Source: Octopus vulgaris (taxonomy: Eukaryota). From it: a stretch of 64,000 nt of DNA. Location of the stretch: assembly GCA_951406725.2 (NCBI GenBank), contig OX597816.1:180606001-180670000 (forward strand), given 5' to 3'. This document shows, one piece after another, positions 27,720-45,936 of this stretch (within the stretch, counting starts at the first letter, position 1; every line of letters starts with the position of its first letter). Under the pieces are notes generated by a model that searched no databases, was not told where the DNA came from, and saw nothing but the letters and a program-made list of their open reading frames with translations. The position numbers and the translations under genes were made by a program.

Positions 27720-27890
27720 TCATAAATAAGGGCAAACGAAAAAATATCTAATGCCAAATATGCCGAAAAATTGGACATATTGTCCATTAATCATATAATT
27801 TTTTCACAATATGGTTAATGGACAATATGTCCAATTTTTCAGCATATTTGGCATTAGATATTTTTTCGTTTGCCCTTATTTATGAATTGT
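27715..27890. repeat. Near-perfect palindrome with arms of about 80 bp
   Basis: acaattcataaataagggc...ttaatcata versus tatggttaa...gcccttatttatgaattgt. The ORF track shows the same N-terminal peptide on both strands. Confidence 0.9.
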
Positions 27891-29828
27891 TTATAAATTT
27901 AACCTTTCTAAAACAATTTTTTTCGAAAAAAGTTTTATCCTACATTAGATATATATATATATATATATATATGACAGGCTTCTTTCAGTTTCCATCTACC
28001 AAATCCTGGAAAGGGCGAATTTCCAATGTTCCACCCTACCCCATCCATTTTCCACAGAAAAAGTGCTTTTCCCACACATTATGAGGTCAATTAAGACGAT
28101 TTCAACAAAAAAACGCTGGAGACAGGGGTCATAAAGGGGAATTTCCGAGATCATCCCCACCCCTTCCATTTTCTATGGAAAAATGCATTTCTGACAGCTT
28201 ACGAGGTCAACTAACAAAAGAAAAAAAAACATGGGAAAAAAAATGATTTACTACTGAAATTGAGCTGGGTGTGGAACTATAAATTTGCCTAAATTTCTTC
28301 ACGTACAGTTGTTATTTTGAAATGCTTATCTTCTGATATTTGTGAGTCCATTGAATAAATATTCAACCCTATTAAATGTTGGCCTTCCCAAACATGAAAT
28401 AATACGATAGTTCCAGCCCTAAATAAATTTAACTTGTCCTTTTTAAAGATGTTCTTTAGGATAACGAGAAATATTGAACTTCAGATAGAATAAAGTAAAA
28501 TACAGCTATGAATAAAAGGTGTGTAGATTATAAATTTTCATTGAAGAGGGGCCTCGAAATAAAAAGTTGCAGGGGACCACTAAAAGTCATACAATGGCCC
28601 TGCAGTGCATGTGCAGATTTGTATGTTTTGTTTTATGTACGTTAGTTGTATGTCATGCATATATATATATACTTAAATGATAAAAATCTGGAAAGTTTTA
28701 CAAATTGTTACAGTTCCAGTGATAGCTTAGGTCTGTAGTTTTCAAATCAGCTTTCTCCTTTCTGATAAGCCTAACTTCTCAAGATTGGTAGTTAGGCAGC
28801 GTGTTACATATTCCAGTGCCCCAATAATTAGCAGCATAAATCTGAACTTATAATCTCAATAGTTCTGTGTAGATTTTTTTTTTCATTGATCTTTATGTTA
28901 ACATCCACTAGACAGCACCTATGTATGGATTTATGTATGTATGGATGGACGGACGGACGGACGAATGGACGGACAGACAGATAGATAAACAGACAGATGC
29001 ATATGCAACAAACTTGATACCATGAGCAGGCTTGAAATTAGATTTGTACATATTACCAGCTGCTTTCAGAGCATCAATCCCAACATTTGGAAGAACTTTG
29101 CCAGCATCTATTTCCTAAAACTACGAAATTTCTGATCCTTTCCAAATAAAATATTTATAGTAAAAATGGTTCCCTGACAGCAGAGGCTATATTACAAAAC
29201 AGTGAATAAAAGATACTATTCTAATAGGAAAAAGACAGAAGCCCACAATTAACAACTGGCTTCAATTAATGAGTAACAATGGATATAAATGAATATCATT
29301 ACTCAAAAAACCTGACCTAATTCCTCGTCACAAAAAGGTCTCACTCCACCCAGATATTTAGACAATGAAACACAATACACAGCCCTGAATTTCTACACTT
29401 TGACTGATTCAAAATATTTTTAGAAATATTTAAATATCACAGAAAAGGATTCAACACAAAGTAATTTCAGACGAGTCTCTCGCATTTTTGTTTTTAAAGA
29501 TCTTATATCAGAATGAAATATCCTATCATTTGAATATATTTTTATTTTTACATCTTTGATGATCAAATACATATTCAATATATTTAAATATCAGAAAATT
29601 ACAACACATACACACACATTTATATAGATAAGAGAAAGCTGATATTGAAGCTCAACAAGACGTGGCAGTACACGGGACACTGTCAAACCAACTGACCCAT
29701 GGCAACATGGAAAATGAATGCCAGATAATAGTGTTGATTAAAAAAATATTGATAAACACATATATATATATATATGTATATATTGTATACATATATATAT
29801 ATATATATTATTGTATACATATATATTG

Positions 29829-29880
<52 letters not shown>

Positions 29881-30080
29881 ATACATATATATTGTATACA
29901 TATATATTGCATATATATATATATATATATATATTATAATATATATATATTCATATATATATATATTGTATACATATATATTGCATACATATATATATAT
30001 ATATATATATGTACATACATATATATTGCATACATATATATATATATATATATTGTATATATATATATACATATATATTC

Positions 30081-30111
<31 letters not shown>

Positions 30112-30117
30112 TATATG

Positions 30118-30150
<33 letters not shown>

Positions 30151-30175
30151 TACATATATATATATATATATATAC

Positions 30176-30637
<462 letters not shown>

Positions 30638-30642
30638 CATAT

Positions 30643-33457
<2,815 letters not shown>

Positions 33458-33467
33458 ATATATATTG

Positions 33468-33498
<31 letters not shown>

Positions 33499-33534
33499 TG
33501 CATACATATATATATATATATATATATATTGTAT

Positions 33535-34618
<1,084 letters not shown>

Positions 34619-34619
34619 C

Positions 34620-34718
<99 letters not shown>

Positions 34719-34776
34719 CAATATATATACAATATATATATGTATATATATATATGTATATATATATATATTATAC

Positions 34777-34812
<36 letters not shown>

Positions 34813-34965
34813 TACATATATATATATATATATGTATGCAATATATATACAATATATATATGTATATATATATATATGTATATATATATATGTATACAAT
34901 ATATATATATATATGTATGCAATATATATATATATATGTATGCAATATATATATATATATGTATG

Positions 34966-35057
<92 letters not shown>

Positions 35058-35075
35058 TGTATACATATATATATA

Positions 35076-35342
35076 TGGAGTATTCGTCCAGACAAACGGT
35101 TTCGATTAGCTCTTGGTAGTTTCATGGAAGAGTACAACAAGGTGCAAATTGTGTCTTTGGATGAAGAAACATCTGAATTCACATCAAGAAGCACATTTGA
35201 CCATCCTTACCCCACAACTAAAATCATGTGGATCCCGGATGCTAAAGGTGTATTTCCTGATTTGCTAGCTACCAGTGGAGACTACTTGAGAGTATGGAGA
35301 GTTGGGGAGAATGATACAAGATTGGAGTGCCTCTTAAACAAT
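35076..35342 (+). pseudogene. DCAF7: 89-codon fragment of DCAF7/WDR68 (WD40 protein) embedded in (TA)n
   Basis: [89 protein letters not shown] closely matches the DCAF7 N-terminal region. No start, stop or AG/GT at the edges; one Asn of EEYNNKV is missing. Confidence 0.85.
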
Positions 35343-36274
35343 ATACATATATATATATATTGTATACATATATATATATATATATATATTGTATATATAT
35401 ATATATATATTGTATACACACATATATATATATATATATTGTATACACACATATATATATATATATATTGTATACATATATATATATATATTGTATACAT
35501 ATGTATACAATACCCTCAATTGTTGAAATTATAATTAATCTCCCTCTAATTAATGCTTCGGATTTTACCGAAATAAGCATAGCGTTTGATGATTTTAACC
35601 CACGCTGGTGGAAAGGGGAGAACAGAAATTCTTCACTTGCTTATTTTGGGTTTGTTGGCACTGTTAGTAACGAGCGAATCTTCGAAAGGGTATGTTCTTA
35701 CTTTCAGTGTTTCCAAATCCAAACCAAGGAATTTCTGAGCTGAAGATAGAAATGTTGTTTTAACTAATCTTGAAACGTACGTACTCAAATAACCTTAGCA
35801 TTTGATTTTTTGATGTCATTACCCCCAAACTTTTGTGAGTTGAATTAAGCAAACACTATATATGAGAGAGATTTTCTTTACGTATTAGAAATGGCTTTAA
35901 AAAAGTTTTTTAGCTGCTATTTCTAATGAGTTCAGTATGCGGCGAAGTAATTTATTTTACTAAGCCCTTTTATATAATTGTATACATATATATATATATA
36001 TATTGTATACATATATATATATATATTTAATATACATATATATATATATATTGTATACATATATATACATATATTGTATACATATATATACATATATTGT
36101 ATACATATATATACATATATTGTATACATATATATACATATATTGTATACATATATATACATATATTGTATAATAATATAATACATATATACATATATTG
36201 TATACATATATATACATATATTGTATACATATATATACATATATTGTATACATATATATACATATATTGTATAC

Positions 36275-36307
<33 letters not shown>

Positions 36308-36332
36308 CATATATACATACATATACACATAT

Positions 36333-36423
<91 letters not shown>

Positions 36424-36442
36424 CACACACATACATATACAC

Positions 36443-36640
<198 letters not shown>

Positions 36641-36642
36641 CA

Positions 36643-36696
<54 letters not shown>

Positions 36697-37006
36697 CATA
36701 CATATATATATATATATATTGTATACATATATATATATATTGTATACATATATATATATATTGTATACATATATATATATATTGTATACATATATATATA
36801 TATTGTATACATATATATATATTGTATACATATATATATATATATGTATACATATATATATATATATGTATACATATATATATATATATATATATATGTA
36901 TACATATGTATATGTATATATATATATATATGTATACATATGTATATGTATATATATATATATTGTATACATATGTATATGTATATATATATATATATAT
37001 GTATAC

Positions 37007-37054
<48 letters not shown>

Positions 37055-37169
37055 TTGCCCAAGGTGCTACGCAGTTGGACTGAACCCAGAATCATGTGAT
37101 TGGTAAGCAAGCTACTTACCACACAACCACTCCTGCACCTATATATATCTATATGTATACATATATATG

Positions 37170-37199
<30 letters not shown>

Positions 37200-37200
<1 letters not shown>

Positions 37201-37750
37201 ATGTATATACCCTCTCCCACATACACCACACTCTACCCCCACCCTCTGCCTACCCACAAACCCCAACTCTACCCCAACCTTCAGCCAAACCCACACCCCA
37301 CCCGTGCTTTCCCACTCTCGCCTCCCTTACCTTCCAACATCACACCACACCACACTACACCATACAACATTACACATCACATCAGAATACACCACCCACA
37401 CACCCATCCCCATATTTTCATACACACACATACATACACGCACACGTCCAGACCACCAGCCCTCTTTCACATGCACATACATACTCTCTTATACACACAC
37501 ACACACACCTTCGTGTTGGGGGTCATCTTTACTTTGTTATCTCCCCTACTTTCCTTCTCCTGTGTGACCCTTCTGTCCAAATCAGTCGCCATGATATATC
37601 AGTAGCCACTACACACGTTTTTCTCTCCTTGTTTTTTCTGTGTTCCTTTCTGTGGAAGAGCGTAGGCTCGAAACTTAAAAGACTTTTTCAATTCCTGAGC
37701 GTTATACTAATACATCTGTTTGTTTTGTACACCACCTGTCTTTGTCTTTT
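37200..37750 (+). mobile_element. 3' terminal remnant of a Penelope-like element
   Basis: 37560-37750 is similar to 53760-53970, the 3' end of the PLE, including the hammerhead-like motif. Confidence 0.7.
37645..37682 (+). ncRNA. Minimal hammerhead-like motif (decayed)
   Basis: CCUUU-CUGUGGAA-GAGC(GUAG)GCUC-GAA-ACUU-A-AAAGA. Confidence 0.45.
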
Positions 37751-37801
37751 ATATATATAGTATGTATATATATTATAGTGCATATGGTATGTACATATAT
37801 A

Positions 37802-37839
<38 letters not shown>

Positions 37840-38069
37840 ATAGTGTGTGTGTGTATATATATATATAGAGAGAGATTTATATATACAGTATGTGTATGTA
37901 TGAACATGCGCACTTATGTGATTACTATGAACATTTTTACTCCTTACCTTTACTCCCTCCCCTTACTTAGCAGTCATCCTAATAGCTCTTTTGTCTTAAT
38001 AACAGTCAATCACACAGTAATTTCCCTTTGTTTTAACAGTCATTTTCATAGCATTTTTTTCGATGGCCA

Positions 38070-38130
38070 GATAACTGAAGGGATGCCGGCGTGGGTTTCT
38101 GCCCTGACATCCAAAACTCTGAGTTTTATC
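38070..38130 (+). ncRNA. Degenerate hammerhead-like motif
   Basis: GAUAA-CUGAAG-GGAUG...CAUCC-AAA-ACUCUGAGU-U-UUAUC. All three stems are present; A9 is missing and G12 reads A. Confidence 0.45.
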
Positions 38131-38875
38131 ATGGCTACCGAATAATTATCACATATCATATTTACAGATAAATTCCTCTATTTACATAATATTGAGGTCT
38201 CTTTCATTCTTTTGTTGTCTTACCATTTCTATCAATATATATACATAGTTTAGAAGTGAAATTAGGAAACTGAAACAGGACAGGGTGTGTGGGTGTGTGG
38301 GTGAGAGGGAGAGAGAGAGAGAGAGAGAATGTCTGTGTGACTGTGTGCATTTGTGTGTTCATATTTTCCTTTTAAATACATGTGCCCTGATTGTAAACAC
38401 AAGCCATACAGACAGCTTCATTTATTTTCAGTCCAGCACAAAAGCATGTCTAACTTTCTTGATGTCTTGAGAGGCTGTTCACTAATATTTGAAACCAATA
38501 TATTCCTGTTTATCCCTATTTCTTGAGGAACTCTAAGTAACCTCTCTCAAAACCCTGGGGTCCCAGTGGAGGGATGGAATCCAGGTTGGGAAACACCCTA
38601 TAATGTGTAAGCATTAACTTGGATATAAACTGCAATAACAGGTACTTCACCACTTTCCAAAGCACCTTATTTAGTACACTACCACTACCACCACAAACAA
38701 TTATTATGTTAACACTACCTCCTCCACAGTCAGCTTCTATACCACCCACCGCACCATAAACAGTTGCTCAAACACAAACAAAATGTCAAATTATCGTGCT
38801 TCCATAGTGTTGTAACATGTGTTTATAGAAAACTGGCAGCACATTCCAGGTTCAGTTTCACAATTGGCACCAATT

Positions 38876-38908
<33 letters not shown>

Positions 38909-40086
38909 TTTTACTACTGCTATATCTACTATCATTGCAATTGTTGCTACATTTTCATACCCTCCTACCTTACAAAGTCTACTTTTGGAAATCTGTTTCT
39001 CTTCCTTCCAAGTAGTTTGACAATATTGTGACACATATATCTTATCGCTCTTATGATTGTGCATGTGTTTGTGTTCGTTGTGTGGTGGGGAGTGTTATAT
39101 GTGGGGAGGGGGAGTATGCATATAAGATTGTGCTTCGTCCTCACTCTCTTGGTATAAAAAAATTAAGTGGATGTGTAAGTTAGCTTGTGCATGTTGAGAG
39201 ATAAATACACATCTATGTATATTGAAATATGTATGAGTATGTGTCAGGTACAAGATGAAAGGAGTACATAACCAGGATTTAAAGGTTCCATGCAATCTAC
39301 CTCATAGCCATCCACCAAAGAATAGACACAACCTTAAGACTGATTCCACAAAGCCTTAAGTTTCAGACACGTAATCTTGTTTACCTTGTACATGACTAAC
39401 ATTATATATTCAACACTGCACACAAACACAATGGAGCATTAAACTTATGTTTTTCTATCACAAACAAACACTATAAACATGTCTACTCTTTCCAAGCAAA
39501 CGTTGATCAGATGAAACTTTTTGAGGCAATATTTTTGGCCTTCTTATCCCCAATCCCAACTAGTTTCTTCAAAGATCCAAGAATCCAGGTGTAGAAGTCA
39601 GTAAGCTTCGAGCAGTTTGTAGAAGGTATAAAAAAACAACTTTCAGGAACAATAATGGTTTATTGAGGAGAAGGTTGTAAATTTTTCCCATATCGAAGAT
39701 CAATAAGCTAAAAAAAAGTTATTTTATAGTTCACGGTTAGCAACTGGGGTTGCTGTGTATGAGAATAAAAATCCAAATTGACGAAATGGAGTAGGTAAAA
39801 TTCAGGCTACATGAATCTTGGAAATAGTAATGACTCACACAAGGGGTGCTCCACTAAGCTACTCATCAGGCATATTTTCGATCAAGCCTCCTGTGAGTTA
39901 ACATAGGATCCCTTGAAGACAACATAACCTTCATTTGACCAAGGTATCTTTGATTTGAGGAGTACAAGTTGAGTACCTCTCATTGAGTAATTACTACTCC
40001 TAAGGTTCTGCTAGCTAGGAACATATGTAACCTGGATTTTACCTACGCCATTCCCTAAATTTGGATAATGCATGTATGTATGTATG

Positions 40087-40128
<42 letters not shown>

Positions 40129-41451
40129 ATTTTTATTTTTTATTTTATCTAGTTTCAGCTCACGAGCTGTGGCCATGCTGGGGCACCGCCATGATTTGCA
40201 GTAAATAGAAAGACTAAATTTTCCATGAAATTTTGGATGAAGTATTCATCTTATTTCTTTCCATTATCATCACTAACAGGTGGCATGATGAATTGTAAAT
40301 AAGAAAAGGACTTTGATTAAAAAAACAAAAGGAAGAACAGTCTGAACCATAAGAAACTATTTTTAATTTTAATCTAAAACAATTTGAAGGTTATAACCTC
40401 CTGACAGAACAAGTAGGTTCAACATGCAAAGTATGAAGATTTTAACCTAGTTGAAAGTCCTTTGGCTTCTGTGCATTTGGAACCACATACTCTCTCAGTC
40501 AAATTGTTTATACATATATAAAAATTTAGAAATAGTCTCTAATTCATATGCTATATGGTATATAACTAAAGTCTGACCAATGTAAGAAACTAAACAGCCT
40601 TGATGTAATCTAGGATTTTCTTTTAATATTTATTGACTTCAGCTGAATTACCCTGTGTAACAGGATTTTTGCCTTTGGGTAGCAACTGTTATTTTTTATT
40701 TGTTTATCCCTAGAAACTATGAATAAGGACTAATATTTGTATTTGTTACATTTATTCAGGCCCCAAAGAATTCCTCTCAACACACGGTTATGATGCTCCA
40801 CCACTACTTCTGCTCATGATCAGAGATGCACATATTGTCAGCCACTAAGGAATATGCTCAAGTAGTAAAGGTCAAGCAACTGACAAGCAAATCTGTGGTA
40901 TTGAGCAGAATATTTGCTATAATGGTATTTGTTTCAGCAACCCAGCGCTGAGTTTGTCCAAAATGTAATGGAAATATAGGTCAGTTTCAAAACATTGATG
41001 TCCAGGTCACAAAAGCAAGTAGAAAATAACACTTAGTGACCATAGTCAAAAAAACAAATTAAAATTTGTTATACAGTGTATATTCTAAATCAGCTTTGAC
41101 CAAAATTGAAGTCAAAACTGGCACAATGATTTATTACACATGCTATCACTGGCATGCTGTCCAGCTGCTGTTCCGTGCTTACCAGGAATTTTCCTAATGA
41201 GTATCTACTTACTTAGCATTCTATACTTGCTTATTATTCAAATTTTAACAATTTAACAGTTGTTCAACTGCTGGTTCTAGGAATATTTCATTTAGACTAC
41301 AGCCCAGAGTTGTATTATCTCTATTGTATAGTATGTTGTCTCATAAAAGTAGAACATATGAGTTTCAATTCTGCAGGCTAATACAAGCAAAATAAACAGA
41401 GGTCTTTTATAAATTTTATAAACTAGTAACTTTGTCAATATTTGTTTCTCT

Positions 41452-41843
41452 TCATCATCATCATCATCATCATCGTTTAACGTCCATTCTCTATGCTAGC
41501 ATGGGTTGGACGGTTCGACCGGGGATCTGGGAAGCCAGAAGGCTGCACCAGGCTCCAGTTTTATCTGGCAATGTTTCTACAGCTGGATGCCCTTCCTAAT
41601 GTCAACCACTCCGTGAGTGTAGTGGGTGCTTTTTACGTGCTACCGGCACAGGTGCCAGGCGAGGCTGGCAACGGCCACGGTCGGATTGGTGCATTTTATG
41701 TGCCACCGGCATGGAAGCCAGTCGAGGCGGCGCTGGCATCATCCATGATTCGGATAGTGCTTTTTACGTACCACCAGTCCAGGGGTCCTGGCATCTGCCG
41801 GGTGCCAGGCATAGGATTGGTTCAATTTCGATTCCGATTTCGA
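41452..41843 (-). mobile_element. RTE 3' UTR-only copy
   Basis: (CAT)n followed by the reverse complement of the RTE 3' end. Confidence 0.85.
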
Positions 41844-42070
41844 ACACATAAATTTATTCTATTTTATGAACTTTATTCAATTGATTTTTGCAAACACAGA
41901 TATTTACTAGTTTTATTGGATTCTGGTAATTTACTTTGCTTTTATTGTAATGAAAGATTTAGAATCTTGACCTGTGATTCATATACTTGATTTTGTGGCT
42001 TAATCTGGAGTCATTTATTTTGTGGGGGTCCCAAATCACCTTTTTTCCTTTTCCCTTATTTTATTTATAA

Positions 42071-42464
42071 CTAGCAGTATCGCCCGGCGTTGCTCGGGTT
42101 TGTAAGGGAAATAACTATATAAGCATTTTTAGAGATGTATAGTATAATAGCCATCTCAATATGGCTAACCACAAAGGGGGGTGTTACTGTAGCTTTTTAC
42201 GTTCTGAGATTTAATAATACATTTTTAGAGAGTTACTTCCCTTATATAAACCGAGCGAAAATGCATTAAAAATGCAGAAAAATTATGGTAAATTTTTTTT
42301 TTAATCGTAGACTCATCGTAGACGCACGCTAATACCCAGAAGGGCTCAATATGAATCACGACTATAAGATACCCGCTTTTGGTTACACTGGAAAATGTGG
42401 GAGTAGTCAGGAATCTAAATGGTAGGAGACAGACACCACACAACCTCTCTTTTATACATATAGA
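42071..42464 (-). mobile_element. Non-autonomous Helitron (394 bp)
   Basis: Minus strand A|TC ... cccgagcaacgccggg hairpin ... CTAG|T, the canonical Helitron termini and AT target. Confidence 0.85.
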
Positions 42465-43184
42465 TTGCTCCTCAGAATGAATTCATCTTTTTTTACCCTG
42501 GCAATGTTTTTCTAATTTGATATATAATTGATCCTGAATTGAGGAGTTAAAATATTTGACACTCCTCACTTGTGATCTCTTTAAAACCAACATGCTGTTT
42601 TTGAGATCTTATTACAATTACAAGTGAGTCTGCTATGAATGTGGTTGAAGCAAATCTGGATGACTCGGTCTTCAGCAGCATCTCAATAATAATTGAACCC
42701 CCCAAAAAATATGCTTTTTTTTAAATAAAGTTAATCTAATTTTTAAGTTAGGTTCACCAATATGACATATCAATAAATGACAAAATTACTAAATCCCTTT
42801 AAATTCAATATTTATTCTCTTGTTTTCAAAATTAAATGAATAGTAGAATATTTCATAAGAGATGCAGTCAGGAAAGGTTTTACACAACTCCTTAAACAAG
42901 AAATATTAGCAAAGTGATGATATGGCAGTGTTAAGATAACATCTTAAAGTTTGTTACAACAGGAGGAAATACAGAAACTAGAATACTAAGTAGCAGCATA
43001 CATGTATGAATGTAAGGTGGAGATATGAAGGAGAAAGAGTGAATTTGATAAGGAGAAGTGGATAAAGAAGATGAAAAGGAAAGTGACAAAGAGGTTAGTA
43101 AATAGTGTGTGTGTGTGTGGGGGGGGGAGAATTAATGAAAGAGAAAAGGCACTACCATGGCCACGATAGATGTTGTGGATGCGG

Positions 43185-43361
43185 ACCTGTGTCAAGATGG
43201 CATTATACAGAGCCAACATCCTCTCCAACATTAGAAATATCTTAACATTACTGACAAAGATTTTCTTAAAATGTTTGGTAAATCCTTGTCAGTAATGCTA
43301 CAAAGATATTTTTAAAATTGGAGAGGACATTGGCACTGTATAATGTCATATCGACATAGGT
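43185..43361. repeat. Decayed palindromic MITE-like element
   Basis: cattatacagagccaacatcctctccaa / ttggagaggacattggcactgtataatg, and cattactgacaa / ttgtcagtaatg. Confidence 0.7.
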
Positions 43362-43589
43362 TACCACCCATAGCACCAGACAAAATACTTAGTGACATTG
43401 CTTTTGGCTTTTCACATTCTGTCTTCAAATATTGCTGAGCTCAGCTTTGCTTTTCATCTTTGCTTTCATCAATGAAATAAAGTGCTGGTCAAGTACTTGG
43501 GTCAATGTATGGTAAATCCTTGTCAACCGACCCCCTCCCCTCAAAATTGCTGTCCTTGAGCCAAAATTAGAAAGAATTATTATAAAGTT

Positions 43590-43728
43590 GGTGAGTTGGC
43601 AGAATTGTTTCTATGTCAGATAAAATGCCTAGCAGCCTTTCTTCTAGCTCTTTACGTTCTGAGTTCAAAAGTCACCAAGGTCAACTTTGTCTTTCATTCT
43701 TTCAGGGTCAATAAAATAAAGTACCAAT
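43590..43728 (+). mobile_element. SINE family B, partial
   Basis: gagttggcagaattgtt head and ctttcattctttcagggtcaataaaataaagtacc core. Confidence 0.6.
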
Positions 43729-45108
43729 ATAATTTCTTGGCTGAAAAGTTGGTTGCTTCAGTCTTTGATAGTATACAGCAATTATCTTATACAACTGACT
43801 TTCTGTCTATTCTGTGTTTAGCTGGAATTTTCTTATCAAAGACAGAACTAGAAGAAATTCTTGATTTATTTATTTATTTTTTTTCAATTCAAAGACTAAC
43901 CTACAAAGGTAGCTAAGTTAGCAAGCAGGAAAATAACTATCTAAATAAAACACTAGCAACAACAACTGCAAAACAAAACAGAGAGAGAGAGCTGCACTCA
44001 AGTAATGCAGAAAAGCATGTAATGAAAATAAGATTACTAAGAAATAGTGATGATGATGATGCTCATCATCATCATCATCATCATGAGGATAAGGAGGTGG
44101 AGAAGGAGACCTTAGAGGTCAACTGATACTTCTATCTATGTTGAAATGATGAACGGGAAGTCAGCCTCAGCCGTGTTTGGACCCAGAATGTAAAGAGGAG
44201 GAGGAGGAGCAGGAAATGCTGCTCTGCATTTTGTTTGACATGTTAAAGGGTTTCAGATTTTGACACATGGCCTGCAGTTTTATGGGGAAGGGGTTAGTTG
44301 AGGACATCAGCCCCAGTATTTAACAGACAGGTTTATTTTATCAATCCCGAGAGGATGAAAGCAAAGTCAATCTCAGCAAGATTTGAACTCAGAATGTAAA
44401 GACCCATTGTAAATGGGTCTTTATGTAAATGCCTTAATGGGTCTTATGTAAATAAGACCCCTGCATTCCGTCTCTCTTTCTCTCTCCTCCAGCTTCTTGG
44501 GTAGATCTTAATGCTCCTCCAAAATGTTGGGAATTCTGTCCTACACCATCAGTCTAAAGACTTTTCTTTTCTGCACCTAAAATGGGTACAGTTCTAGAAA
44601 GCTCTAGTAATATTTGAGGGCTTATTAGGACCTGTACACCCATACAGACACCACCAACCCACATATTGTTTTGTTTTTTTACTTCTATACTCATCAATTG
44701 TACACACTTTGCTGTAATGACCAATGTCCTAGTTATAATACTAATATTCTACTGTACCACATATTGCAATACCAGCCAGTTGACAGGTGCACAATACATA
44801 ATTTGGCTTGTGTCCTTGCTCTGTTCACAATCTTGAAGACCAGTCACACAATTATATGCCCCACCCTAGTTGTTCTTTTGTAGGTGTATAAGCCTGCTCG
44901 ATTGTCTTGTTCATTACTAGATATATTACTCAGGTTTAAGTATTGCTACCACCTTTGTGGAAACTTTCATCCACTACCATCTCAGTGGTTGCCATGTTTA
45001 TGAATATGTTTATTATTTATTTTAATTGTCTGAAAGCAGCAAAAGAAAAAAAAATTGAAAAATAGTTTTCTTTCCAAATCTAAAACACAGATAAACAACT
45101 AAAAAACA

Positions 45109-45531
45109 CAGGAGTGGCTGTGTGGTAAGTAGCTTGCTTACCAACAACATGGTTCCGGGTTCAGTCCCACTGCATGGCACCTTGGGCAAGTGCCTTCTAC
45201 TATAGCCTCAGGCCAACCAAAGCCTTGTGAGAGGATTTTGGTAGACGGAAACTGAAAGAAACCTGTTGTATATATGTGTATATATATATGTATATATATA
45301 TGTATGTATGTGTGTGTATATGCTTGTGTGTCTGTGTTTGTCTCCCCAACATCGTTTGACAACCGATGGGGGTGTGTTTACGTCCCTGTAACTAAGCAGT
45401 TTGGCAAACGACACCGATAGAATAAGTACTAGGCTTCCGAAGAATAAGTCCTGGGGTCAACTTGCTTGACTAAAGGCAGTGCTCCAGCATGGCTGCAGTC
45501 AAATGACTGAAACAAGTAAAAGAGAGTAAGA
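45109..45531 (+). mobile_element. tRNA-head SINE, family A
   Basis: Full-length match to the reverse complement of 24612-25040. Confidence 0.88.
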
Positions 45532-45645
45532 GTGTTCAATTCTGTAAGTAATAATAATTCCACATAAAACAACTCAAAAACACATTCCGCATAATAATGA
45601 CTACTACTACTACTACTACTAATAATAATAATAATAATAATAATA

Positions 45646-45861
45646 ATGGTTTCAAATTTTGCCACAAGGGCAGCAATTTTGAGGGAGAGGATGAGTTGAT
45701 TTCATCAACCCCAGTATTCAACTGGTACTTATTTTATCGATCTCGAAAGGATGAAATGTAAAGTCGACCTCAACAGAATTTGAACTCAGAATGTAGTGAC
45801 AGGTAAAATACCACTAAGCATTTTGTCTGGTGTGCTAATGATTCTGCCAGCTCATTGCCTT
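45646..45861 (-). mobile_element. SINE family B, flanked by (AAT)n
   Basis: Shared with 46210-46396 and 58817-59016; B-box-like gagttcaaatt on the minus strand. Confidence 0.8.
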
Positions 45862-45871
45862 AATAATAATG

Positions 45872-45934
<63 letters not shown>

Positions 45935-45936
<2 letters not shown>

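Larger units (their letters stand above)
25972..28602. mobile_element. Non-autonomous hAT element (2.6 kb) with nested insertions
   Basis: TIRs cagggccatcg / caatggccctg; 8-bp TSD cagtacat / cagtgcat. Confidence 0.75.

Noticed and set aside
35076-35342. DCAF7 fragment as a true exon of a nested plus-strand gene
   Set aside because: No AG acceptor, polypyrimidine tract or GT donor at its edges, and no other DCAF7 exons in the window.
39330-39620. Possible GIY-YIG remnant (NLVYL)
   Set aside because: Too short and decayed to support without a search.
39845-39885. CUGAUGAG on the minus strand as a hammerhead (also about 15115)
   Set aside because: No correctly placed GAAA with supporting stems.
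41175-41215. Candidate kinase exon 1 ending at a minus-strand g|gtaagc donor
   Set aside because: In-frame stop 7 codons upstream and no convincing kinase similarity.
45109-45180. tRNA genes at SINE heads
   Set aside because: Only A/B-box-like motifs continuous with the SINE bodies; no complete cloverleaf.
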